DNA of 64,000 nucleotides from Escherichia coli (GTDB lineage Bacteria; Pseudomonadota; Gammaproteobacteria; Enterobacterales; Enterobacteriaceae): NCBI RefSeq assembly GCF_003334765.1, contig NZ_QOWT01000011.1; one strand, 5' to 3'. Shown piece by piece: positions 52,650 to 64,000 of this stretch (position 1 is its first letter; each line of letters starts with the position of its first letter). The notes under the pieces were generated by a model. It saw only the letters and a program-made list of their open reading frames with translations, ran no database searches and was not told where the DNA came from. The position numbers and the translations under genes were made by a program.

Positions 52650-53335
52650 ATGTCGTTACTTGCACAACTGGATCAAAAAATCGCTGCTAACGGTGGCCTG
52701 ATTGTCTCCTGCCAGCCGGTTCCGGACAGCCCGCTCGATAAACCCGAAATCGTCGCCGCCATGGCATTAGCGGCAGAACAGGCGGGCGCGGTTGCCATTC
52801 GCATTGAAGGTGTGGCAAATCTGCAAGCCACGCGTGCGGTGGTGAGCGTGCCGATTATTGGAATTGTGAAACGCGATCTGGAGGATTCTCCGGTACGCAT
52901 CACGGCCTATATTGAAGATGTTGATGCGCTGGCGCAGGCGGGCGCGGACATTATCGCCATTGACGGCACCGACCGCCCGCGTCCGGTGCCTGTTGAAACG
53001 CTGCTGGCACGTATTCACCATCACGGTTTACTGGCGATGACCGACTGCTCAACGCCGGAAGACGGCCTGGCATGCCAAAAGCTGGGAGCCGAAATTATTG
53101 GCACTACGCTTTCTGGCTATACCACGCCTGAAACGCCAGAAGAGCCGGATCTGGCGCTGGTGAAAACGTTGAGCGACGCCGGATGTCGGGTGATTGCCGA
53201 AGGGCGTTACAACACGCCTGCTCAGGCGGCGGATGCGATGCGCCACGGCGCGTGGGCGGTGACGGTCGGTTCTGCAATCACGCGTCTTGAGCACATTTGT
53301 CAGTGGTACAACACAGCGATGAAAAAGGCGGTGCT

Positions 53336-53339
<4 letters not shown>
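52650..53339 (+). CDS. nanE: N-acetylmannosamine-6-phosphate 2-epimerase
   Basis: Start placed at [24 protein letters not shown] (229 aa). Confidence 0.93.
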
Positions 53340-54672
<1,333 letters not shown>

Positions 54673-54691
54673 AACTTAGTTCGTTTTAAAG

Positions 54692-54716
54692 ATTCTGCAG
54701 ACACTGTCTGCAGAAT
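54692..54716. repeat. Palindrome ATTCTGCAGAC-act-GTCTGCAGAAT between convergent nanQ and yhcG
   Basis: Perfect 11-bp inverted arms with 3-nt spacer; member of the CAGAC-N3-GTCTG family. Confidence 0.85.
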
Positions 54717-54731
54717 TCGAAACCGCTGAAA

Positions 54732-55859
54732 TTAACGGCGTCTATAGCCTTCCTCTAGCACCGCCTGTGTTCGAACGAGTTCATCTGCGAGTCGTTTCTC
54801 ATCAGGTAGTTGCATCTTATATTCGCTTGCCAGAACGGTGTTAGGCAAACCTGCCAGAGCATAATGCGCTTCTCCGGCTCCTTTCTCTGCACAGAGAACC
54901 AGACCGATGGGCGGATTTTCATCCGGTAGCGTCCAGTGCTCTTTGGCGTAGTTGAGATACATATTCATCTGTCCGGCATCGCTATAGCTGAATTTGCCCA
55001 CTTTTAGATCGACGATTAGCAGGCAGCGTAAACGGCGGTGGAAAAACAGCAGATCGACACGAAACCAGTTGTCATCAATGCGTAACCTTCGCTGCCGACC
55101 AACAAAGGCAAAATCATCCCCAAGTTCCAGCATGAAATCCATCAGGTGGTTGATCAGCGCCTCCTCAAAATCGGATTCTGAATATTCATCTTTCAATTCC
55201 AGAAATTCGAGCACAAAGGGATCGCGTATCGCCTGTTGCGGAAGAATATGCGTCTCGGCAGGAGCGTGTTGTTGCAGCATGGCTGATTTGTCATGTGACA
55301 GTAGTGTCCGCTCATAAAACTGGGTCGCAATTTGCCGCTCTAGCTGGCGAACAGACCAGCCACAGCGGAGCGTCTCTTTTTCATAAAAGCTGCGGGCGTC
55401 AGCGTTTTTAACGGAAAGTAAACGGACGTAGGTGGACCTGGGCAAGGGGAAAGATTTGGCAGACAGCGTCTGCCAAATCTTTGCCGATGGGAATTCTGCA
55501 GACGGTGTCTGCGGAATTCCCAATGGTGTTAATTCGCCAGACATTGTCTGGCGAATTTCAACATGTTGAAAAAAGAGGTAAAAAAGCCTCATTTGGCGTA
55601 AGTTTTTTGCAGAGAACCCACGCTTATACCTTAGACATAAATCCTTTGATAGTCGCTTGATTAGCTGCGCACCATACGCAGCCCTGGCCTCGCCACCTTG
55701 TTCAAATTCGACAATTCGTCGGCCAATTTCCTGGTACGTCGCGGTCATTAACGCGTTAACGCTACGTACCGTTTCCGTCCGGGCGCTATCGACCAGATGA
55801 ATAATACCGTCGTGGATTTGCTGGTAGCCTGCTGTGGTTCCTTCTGAGAGCGATTCCAT
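54732..55859 (-). CDS. yhcG: DUF1016 N-terminal domain plus PD-(D/E)xK-type putative nuclease, uncharacterised
   Basis: 375 aa ORF with DUF1016-like N-terminus (...YGAQLIKRLSKDLCLRYKRGFSAKNLRQMRLFYLFF), then WSVRQLERQI...YERT and a C-terminal nuclease-like region (IVDLKVGKFSYSDAGQMNMYL). Confidence 0.85.
   Translation of the reverse strand: MESLSEGTTAGYQQIHDGIIHLVDSARTETVRSVNALMTATYQEIGRRIVEFEQGGEARAAYGAQLIKRLSKDLCLRYKRGFSAKNLRQMRLFYLFFQHVEIRQTMSGELTPLGIPQTPSAEFPSAKIWQTLSAKSFPLPRSTYVRLLSVKNADARSFYEKETLRCGWSVRQLERQIATQFYERTLLSHDKSAMLQQHAPAETHILPQQAIRDPFVLEFLELKDEYSESDFEEALINHLMDFMLELGDDFAFVGRQRRLRIDDNWFRVDLLFFHRRLRCLLIVDLKVGKFSYSDAGQMNMYLNYAKEHWTLPDENPPIGLVLCAEKGAGEAHYALAGLPNTVLASEYKMQLPDEKRLADELVRTQAVLEEGYRRR
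55451..55557. repeat. Three tandem near-perfect palindromes (CAGAC-N3-GTCTG core) embedded in-frame within yhcG
   Basis: aagatttggcagac-agc-gtctgccaaatctt (55451-55481); gggaattctgcagac-ggt-gtctgcggaattccc (55489-55521, one arm mismatch); aattcgccagac-att-gtctggcgaatt (55531-55557). Confidence 0.9.
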
Positions 55860-56043
55860 TATCTGTCCCTTTATATGGAGCTAAGTTGAATAATGGAATG
55901 AGCTATACTCTGGGGGGTGAGCACTGAACAATTAAGAACAGCGTATTACATTTACTTTCCCCAAGATATGCGAAGAGCTTTCCTGAAACATTAACCGATC
56001 GTATAAAACGAATGCCTGATAGTACTCCTGTCCGGCATTGTTA

Positions 56044-56760
56044 TCACAAGTAGACTACGCTTATCACAGCTTTCCCATCAAGTTCGATTTTTTCTGAACC
56101 GCCTAAATCATTCGCGATAGATGCGCTCACCTGAAGCGGTATAATGGCGTTCGTTACAGGAGTTGGGGTTGTTTCACCTGGTTTTACAAAGGTGTAATAA
56201 TAGCTTTGATCGACTGCAAGCGGATAAGCGGTGAGCGTTTGCCATGCTCTTTTTTGCCCTGTTATGACGGCATCTGCACCTGCTATTGATACAGCTAACG
56301 TCTGGCTACCATTGCTGGCACTAATGTTGTTGCTATCAATTAACACGGCATAACTACCGATATTTTTATTATCTTTTGTTTTCCCTAAGCCGAATAAGCG
56401 CGTTGTCTGGCTAATATAACCTCCGCCATTTAAGGTATATTTTACACCACTCTGACCCCCACTATCTTTTCCGGTGGTCATACTATCCATTCGTGTATCA
56501 CGAGCGGTAATCGCAATGCCGGTAGCGGATTCGCAAGTTATAGTCATATTAATATTACGTGTTCCAATCTGTGTGTAGTGCTGCGTTGAAAGTCTATTGA
56601 CTGAATGACTACCGAAGTTAACAACTCCGCCGTTGCTTAGTATTGGAGTACAAGCTGCAGCTTCCAGAGTCACCTTAACGTCAATTGATACTCTATCAGC
56701 GGCTTGCGCTGACATGGCAAAAAAGGCACTTCCGGCAATCAGTAATTTTACATTGTTCAT
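56044..56760 (-). CDS. yhcF: Secreted DUF1120 / fimbrial-like protein (GltF paralog)
   Basis: 238 aa ORF with signal peptide MNNVKLLIAGSAFFAMSAQA; C-terminus ...KIELDGKAVISVVYL resembles GltF ...TIKLDGNVTISVQYL. Confidence 0.85.
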   Translation of the reverse strand: MNNVKLLIAGSAFFAMSAQAADRVSIDVKVTLEAAACTPILSNGGVVNFGSHSVNRLSTQHYTQIGTRNINMTITCESATGIAITARDTRMDSMTTGKDSGGQSGVKYTLNGGGYISQTTRLFGLGKTKDNKNIGSYAVLIDSNNISASNGSQTLAVSIAGADAVITGQKRAWQTLTAYPLAVDQSYYYTFVKPGETTPTPVTNAIIPLQVSASIANDLGGSEKIELDGKAVISVVYL

Positions 56761-57308
56761 TTTGCCTCCACCAGGACCGTCAGATTGCCTGTAATATCTG
56801 TCATGTCGGTTAGTTCCCCTTCATCCTTAAAAGCTGGAGCCATTGTCAGTGTGAGGCTAACGCTTTTACCGCTATCAATTACCACTTCTTGACCATTTTG
56901 CATAAACACCAGCCAATTATTGGGGGAAGTACTAATTGATGCTGTTCCTGTGCTGCCCGGATTGTCATTTTTGCCACTGGCTAACGCCAGGTCGAGATTG
57001 TTACTACCTGAAAATGCATCGCTGGCGATCAGATTTAATGAACCATTCGGGCCAAATCCAAATCCGTTGTTGGAAATATTAGCGGTATTCAACTGAACAC
57101 GAATATGAGCGTCCTGATCGCATTGCATTACCAGCGTGATTGTTCTGTCTGCTAATTGTGTTGTTTTACCCCGGTCAACTTGGCGCATGGCAGCACTTCG
57201 TTTGCCATAGTCGATATTTTGTATGCTACTGGAGATATTACACTCTGCCTGAGCGGCCATGGCGAAGTTCAGCAGCAGGCATCCTGTTATTATCCGTTTC
57301 ATTGGCAC
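56757..57308 (-). CDS. yhcE: Secreted fimbrial-like protein, intact reading frame
   Basis: 183 aa ORF with signal peptide MPMKRIITGCLLLNFAMAAQA; overlaps the yhcD stop and yhcF start. Confidence 0.75.
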   Translation of the reverse strand: MPMKRIITGCLLLNFAMAAQAECNISSSIQNIDYGKRSAAMRQVDRGKTTQLADRTITLVMQCDQDAHIRVQLNTANISNNGFGFGPNGSLNLIASDAFSGSNNLDLALASGKNDNPGSTGTASISTSPNNWLVFMQNGQEVVIDSGKSVSLTLTMAPAFKDEGELTDMTDITGNLTVLVEAK

Positions 57309-59680
57309 TCTCCTGTTGCTGTCTCATAGAACACATCTTTTGGTGCATCTTCTGGGAATGTAAGGTGAATACGGCATGATTGCTGCTCATCTTTTATATC
57401 TAGCACCATGTCCGGTTTGATGTTATTGAGGAATACAACACCGTCATCCACTGATGTTGTCAGATAGTTGCCTTCACTATCTTCAATCGCAACGCCTCTG
57501 GGCAGTTTTTTGCCGTCGGAAAGTGTGATATTGAGTAATGCACGGCGTTGTGTTATCGCACTGAATCCGACTTTCCCTACTGCACCACGGCCTTGTTTGA
57601 TCATTTTTGTGCCGTTACCGATATCGACATTTTTTGGCAAGCTGGCGGTATCGATCTCAACTCCTGATGTTCGCCACGGCTGGATTGATGGAATGACGGC
57701 ATTACCCCGAAAATCTGTCCATACTGGGCCTGCCTGAGATGTAATTCTGACACCTGCAATATTGTTATCCATTTTTGCGATGGCGAAAGTGTCATTGATA
57801 GTCCACGGTGAAAAGGTCACTCCCTGATCATGTACGGCAATACCACCTGACATCGTACCGTTGTAAGTACGGCTATCACTGCCGCTTGCTCCTGCGGCAA
57901 GGCTGACTTGGGTGTAATGGAGATTGGAACTGATACTGCCGTTCAAGCTCGTTTCACGTTCGTCGTGATCTCGTTCAGCATTCACATAGTAGGACATCTC
58001 ATCTGAGACGACTCCCATGACACCAGTACCATAGTGGGTTTTATGATCGTCATGGCGAGTATACAGTGTGGCGGTGTTTGATCTGCCAAATGGAATACTG
58101 ATGTTGACGTAGAACAGATCACCATCGTCTTCATTATTTTCTGAAGCACTAAGTTGATGCTGCCAGTTGACGGAAACCGTGGCGTGTTTGAACGCTTTGT
58201 TCCAGTTAATATTAAGGTTGCTTGAGTCATTGTCACCGTCGTAACTATATGTTTTATAGCCACTGATGTTGAAACCACCCAGAATGGAGTTAGACCAGTT
58301 TAAACCAAGCGCATAAGTGCTTTTAGTCGGATCGGTATAATCATCATCAATCGCTTCAGACAGTTCGCGATAATGGCGATCAGATCGAGTGAGGCTGGTT
58401 GTTAGCCCAAGTGAAAATGGGAGATTGTAGTTCGCGTCAAGACGATATTTCTGTCCTTGCAGTGAGTCTTTCGTATCCTGCGATGTACTAATTTGGCTGC
58501 TCACTGTTAAATCGGGCAGGGGAACCAGACTCGACCGGATTGATGCCGCCTGATAATTTTCTGCTACGATAACGCCGCCGTTCATTGCACTCCAGCGTGT
58601 CAGATTCCATCCGCTCGATGCACTAATTACCCAAGGTGATTCGTCATAGTCATCGTCTACCCGCCCTATCGCGAAGCGATAACCCTGGAAGCTTTCTACA
58701 TGCTGATTAAACAGGGTGGAGGGAACAATATAGTTGTGCGAACTACCGTCTGTTTCGACAACGGTGACATTAAGATCACTATTACCATTGCGAACAGGTA
58801 CATCAGGGATAGTGAATGCGCCCGCAGGAACCAGAATGGAATGAATTAAAACTCCTTGTTGACGAATCTCGACACGAGCCTGAGAGGTGTTGGCTATACC
58901 AGTAACTTGCACACCACTGCCGCTGGTTTGCAATGCGTTGTCCGGTGCGATTTCGATACCGTAAATACTGGCTCCTTCCAACACGCTATTATTGAGGTTA
59001 ACTTCACCTGCTCGCATGAGTGTTTTAAGATCTGTAAAGGTACGTTGAAGGTAGGTTGACGAGTTCTGGTTACTGAATGTGCCATTTGTTTGTGTAAGGA
59101 ACTGATGGCTGCGTAACATCCAGTCATTAATATTAATCCCGCCTTCAAGTGCAGCCTGGGAGTAGTCCGAACTCCCATTAGAAAATTCTGCACGGCTGCT
59201 CATCAGAGAGTAGTTTAGCAGCGCAGCTGTTCCACCAGTTGCTGCGTTTGTGAGATCCAACCCTATGGGAATGATCGCCTGTGGTGAAACGATAATATCT
59301 AACGCTTCCTGGTTAGGTAATGGTGTGATTGTGGTACCCGGGTAGGACAATATATAGTCGTAACAGCCATTTTTTTCTTCAGAAGGAATTTTTAAACCGG
59401 CTTGTTGCAGAAATGCCTGATCAAGACAAATGTCGCCATTTTCATCAAAGCGCGTAGCAATGTTGCCTTTTTTTTCGCCATTTACTGATACTATCAGTGA
59501 ATATTCACCTGGCAAAAAACGGGCTGAACGGGAAAAATAATGCGATATATTAGGATCTACACCTAGTGATTTTAATGTTTCCCGATCAAAATCAACAGCG
59601 GCAATCTCTATACCATCTGCATTGGCTGGGGGAGAAAAGGCAAAACCAATGGTGTAGGCCAGTAACGTTTTTTTTAACAT
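57299..59680 (-). CDS. yhcD: Outer-membrane fimbrial usher (chaperone-usher pathway)
   Basis: About 793 aa ORF from MLKKTLLAYTIGFAFSPPANA; usher size, beta-rich composition, C-terminal Cys pair. Confidence 0.88.
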   Translation of the reverse strand: MLKKTLLAYTIGFAFSPPANADGIEIAAVDFDRETLKSLGVDPNISHYFSRSARFLPGEYSLIVSVNGEKKGNIATRFDENGDICLDQAFLQQAGLKIPSEEKNGCYDYILSYPGTTITPLPNQEALDIIVSPQAIIPIGLDLTNAATGGTAALLNYSLMSSRAEFSNGSSDYSQAALEGGININDWMLRSHQFLTQTNGTFSNQNSSTYLQRTFTDLKTLMRAGEVNLNNSVLEGASIYGIEIAPDNALQTSGSGVQVTGIANTSQARVEIRQQGVLIHSILVPAGAFTIPDVPVRNGNSDLNVTVVETDGSSHNYIVPSTLFNQHVESFQGYRFAIGRVDDDYDESPWVISASSGWNLTRWSAMNGGVIVAENYQAASIRSSLVPLPDLTVSSQISTSQDTKDSLQGQKYRLDANYNLPFSLGLTTSLTRSDRHYRELSEAIDDDYTDPTKSTYALGLNWSNSILGGFNISGYKTYSYDGDNDSSNLNINWNKAFKHATVSVNWQHQLSASENNEDDGDLFYVNISIPFGRSNTATLYTRHDDHKTHYGTGVMGVVSDEMSYYVNAERDHDERETSLNGSISSNLHYTQVSLAAGASGSDSRTYNGTMSGGIAVHDQGVTFSPWTINDTFAIAKMDNNIAGVRITSQAGPVWTDFRGNAVIPSIQPWRTSGVEIDTASLPKNVDIGNGTKMIKQGRGAVGKVGFSAITQRRALLNITLSDGKKLPRGVAIEDSEGNYLTTSVDDGVVFLNNIKPDMVLDIKDEQQSCRIHLTFPEDAPKDVFYETATGECQ

Positions 59681-59700
59681 CCTTGTCGCTCCAGGCAAAG

Positions 59701-60375
59701 TTATTTTAAGTCAGTGACATATTTATTACCGCGATAACCATATCGGCTGGCTGGGTAAAACTCGACTTTTGTATCCGTAGCGTTTGTTAATGCAGTAGTT
59801 GTACTGGTGTGTGGTAGAAAATAGGTCTTATTTATAGCCCCCGTTTTTCCTGAAGGGAGCGTTTTAAATTGTAAGGTCATACGAACGACATAATTACTGG
59901 GGTTGCTAATCTCAATTTGGTCGCCATTTTTACGCCATTCCAGGAATTTCCAGGTCTCTCGCTCTTCCGGCAGGGAAGCCGGGTGGATCAGTACAGGTAG
60001 ATCCTGACGAATTGAAACAGTAACTCTGCTGCTCTTGTCATCTTTTGGTGGAATACCTTCGAACGTTACGCGTTTCAGCTCTTCTGATTGCAGAGGAACA
60101 GTCGCCTGAAGTAAAAATCGAACCTGTTGTACTTGACCGGCTTCAACACGAATAACGGGCTGAGTCGGGATTAAACGAATTGATTTATTGCTTTCAGGCA
60201 AATCAACAATGGTGGTGTAAAGCAATGAAGGATGATCATCTGTATTCTTAATATTAATACTAGCTTCACCACGCTTTTCATCAACCAGCAATACTGATGT
60301 TTCAGGAACCATCCCTGTGGCTAAGGTATTCATTGATGTTGTTATAAATACAGTGAATGTAATGTGTCTGAGCAT
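59701..60375 (-). CDS. yhcA: Periplasmic fimbrial chaperone (PapD-like)
   Basis: 224 aa ORF with signal peptide and PapD-like fold features; directly upstream of the usher. Confidence 0.88.
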   Translation of the reverse strand: MLRHITFTVFITTSMNTLATGMVPETSVLLVDEKRGEASINIKNTDDHPSLLYTTIVDLPESNKSIRLIPTQPVIRVEAGQVQQVRFLLQATVPLQSEELKRVTFEGIPPKDDKSSRVTVSIRQDLPVLIHPASLPEERETWKFLEWRKNGDQIEISNPSNYVVRMTLQFKTLPSGKTGAINKTYFLPHTSTTTALTNATDTKVEFYPASRYGYRGNKYVTDLK

Positions 60376-60546
60376 TTAAATTAAAACTCCTGTAATAATG
60401 ATAAATAACGCAGAAACATATTGTTAATATATGTTATGCACTGTTTGCGATGAGATTGATTAAGACAGACCATGTCATAGGGCATAATCTGTCCGAGTTA
60501 TAGCTAACTGGTTAATGCGTAAAAATAAAAACTGTATTACAAGTTC

Positions 60547-61311
60547 TTATAAATACTGAACGCTGATAGTGACGTTACCATCCAGTTTGATCGTTTCATC
60601 AGAACCAAGAATAGTATTGTCATTTACCGCAGCATCAATCAGTAACGGGAAGGTGACCGCTGTAATGGCAACAGGTGTCAGTTCCCCTGTTTTTGCAACA
60701 GAATAACCGCGCTCGATTGCTGAGCAACTTGTCAGCGAGCAGAATGCGCCATTAGATGAGGCTTTCCATGTGGGGGTCGCTGCTGACCAGTGGTCAGTTT
60801 GAATCAGGTCGACAGGAATTTCACCTGTATCGTCCGCCGCGTGAATCCCACCATTAGACCTGTCAATACCAATGGATGCAGCGCCAATTTTTTGTCCATT
60901 AGGCGCAGAACCTAAACCAAAGGCGTTTTTCGTTCCCTTCATATCTACGAGAGTATCATAAGCTTTTTCAATATAGGATGTGTCGTTTAACGCTACAATG
61001 GTCGACTGACGGTTATCCTTGGAGGTTACAGCAATTAGCGTTGGTGCTGTGCAGGTTATATTTAATGTGCTGTTTTTGCGGCCCAGTTGAACCAGTTTAT
61101 TACTTTTACCGGTCGGATTCAGCGCACTGTTATGATGTTTCCCATAGTCAACAATGCCGCCGCCCGTAACAACTGGGGTACATGCACCAGGGGTATACTC
61201 GCCGATGATAGTTAATTCTGTATCAGTTGAATCTGTTGCCATGGCACTGAATGCTGCAACAGAAAGTGCTGCACAAATAGCAGCTGTTGTGAGGTTCTTT
61301 TTGAAAAACAT
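60547..61311 (-). CDS. gltF: Periplasmic DUF1120 protein GltF
   Basis: 254 aa ORF with signal peptide MFFKKNLTTAAICAALSVAAFSAMA; paralogous to yhcF. Confidence 0.88.
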   Translation of the reverse strand: MFFKKNLTTAAICAALSVAAFSAMATDSTDTELTIIGEYTPGACTPVVTGGGIVDYGKHHNSALNPTGKSNKLVQLGRKNSTLNITCTAPTLIAVTSKDNRQSTIVALNDTSYIEKAYDTLVDMKGTKNAFGLGSAPNGQKIGAASIGIDRSNGGIHAADDTGEIPVDLIQTDHWSAATPTWKASSNGAFCSLTSCSAIERGYSVAKTGELTPVAITAVTFPLLIDAAVNDNTILGSDETIKLDGNVTISVQYL

Positions 61312-61830
61312 ATGAACATATCCTTAATAACAAATTTATTTTTTAAAATAAAAAGCTGAAGCAGTATATATATCTGTTTGTGAATGTAAATAAATAACTC
61401 GTTCAGAAATAGCCAACTTGCTGGGATGTATTTATTTAATGAATTTTATAGTTACGATCATGTGAATAATAAGGTGCTGGTGAGGTGGTTTGTGGTGATA
61501 ATTATTCATTACATGAATGTTTGCGCTGAAAAATAGGAAAATATATAGATAATTAAGGATAATATATTGGTTTTTTATATTCGTATTTTGTATATTAATA
61601 TCGAGACAATTTACATGGAATGAAAAGACTGAATAGCTTGCAGAATCGGTATTGTCAGAGGTGTTAACAAGTAATTGAGACGGATTGTAAATGAGAAATT
61701 GCTTGATGTGCTTCACTCATCAGACTTGGTGAACAAAGCACAATTTATTGAAAATTATCCCTATTATAGGAAAGGTCAAACGCTCATGCCGCATTTGCCA
61801 GAAAACAACGCGCACTTCGTCAGTAATTTG

Positions 61831-61855
61831 ATTCGCCAGACACAGTCTGGCGAAT
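61831..61855. repeat. Palindrome ATTCGCCAGAC-aca-GTCTGGCGAAT just 3' of gltD
   Basis: Perfect 11-bp arms with 3-nt spacer, 16 bp downstream of the gltD stop; same family as the yhcG copies. Confidence 0.85.
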
Positions 61856-61870
61856 TCATTGTTACCTCGC

Positions 61871-63301
<1,431 letters not shown>

Positions 63302-64000
63302 TTACTGCGCCTGCACGCGCAACTCAGCTGCGCTACGACTACGGTGACCCAGCAGTGCTTTTACATCACTGGACTTCGGTTTAACCAGCGCAAATTTAGT
63401 GGCGAAGGTTGACCAGTTCGCCAGAATCTCTTCACCGCGCTGAGAGCCGGTATGCTGCACATGCTCGGTGATAAGACCACGCAGATGCTCTTCATGGATC
63501 GCCAGAGCGTCAACGCTTAAGACCTCGACCAGTTCCGGGTTAACGCGTTTGCGGAAATCGCCGCTTTCATCGAGAACGTAAGCGAAACCGCCGGTCATGC
63601 CCGCACCGAAGTTAACGCCGGTTTTACCCAGAATGCAGACGATACCACCCGTCATATATTCACAACCGTTGTCGCCAATGCCTTCTACCACGGTGATAGC
63701 ACCGGAGTTACGCACGCCGAAACGTTCACCCGCGCGGCCTGCGGCATACAGACGACCACCGGTCGCGCCATACAGGCAGGTGTTGCCGATAATGCTTGCT
63801 TCATGGCTGCGGAAGGCGGAACCAACCGGAGGACGAATGGCGATTAAGCCGCCCGCCATGCCTTTACCGACATAGTCGTTGGCATCACCGGTCAGGTACA
63901 GTTCCACGCCGCCCGCGTTCCACACGCCGAAGCTCTGGCCTGCGGTGCCGTTGAAGTACGCTTTGATAGGATCGGCTGCCAGCCCCTGATCGCCGTGCGT
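63302..64000 (-). CDS. gltB: Glutamate synthase large subunit, C-terminal part only (gene continues past window end)
   Basis: Open frame on the minus strand from the stop at 63302 to the window edge, encoding the Gly-rich GXGXG beta-helix C-terminal domain (...[21 protein letters not shown]...). Confidence 0.9.
   Translation of the reverse strand, partial: THGDQGLAADPIKAYFNGTAGQSFGVWNAGGVELYLTGDANDYVGKGMAGGLIAIRPPVGSAFRSHEASIIGNTCLYGATGGRLYAAGRAGERFGVRNSGAITVVEGIGDNGCEYMTGGIVCILGKTGVNFGAGMTGGFAYVLDESGDFRKRVNPELVEVLSVDALAIHEEHLRGLITEHVQHTGSQRGEEILANWSTFATKFALVKPKSSDVKALLGHRSRSAAELRVQAQ

Overview
This window is an Escherichia coli chromosomal segment that I recognise by gene content and order as the K-12-type region from the distal end of the rrnD operon to the 3' end of gltB, in reverse orientation to standard MG1655 numbering. 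It carries about 57 protein genes, one tRNA and two 5S rRNA genes, and is mostly core housekeeping. No prophage, integron, CRISPR array or obvious defence island is visible. The main anomalies are: (1) rpsI (ribosomal protein S9) has an in-frame TAA at codon 89, with the rest of the S9 C-terminus still encoded in frame downstream; (2) a family of near-identical short palindromes (core CAGAC-N3-GTCTG), with three tandem copies inside the yhcG reading frame and single copies just 3' of yhcG and 3' of gltD; (3) the AT-rich yhcA-D-E-F fimbrial-like cluster is uninterrupted here, whereas I recall yhcE as IS5-disrupted in MG1655. All identifications are from reading the sequence and ORF translations against remembered E. 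coli proteins; no database search was run.
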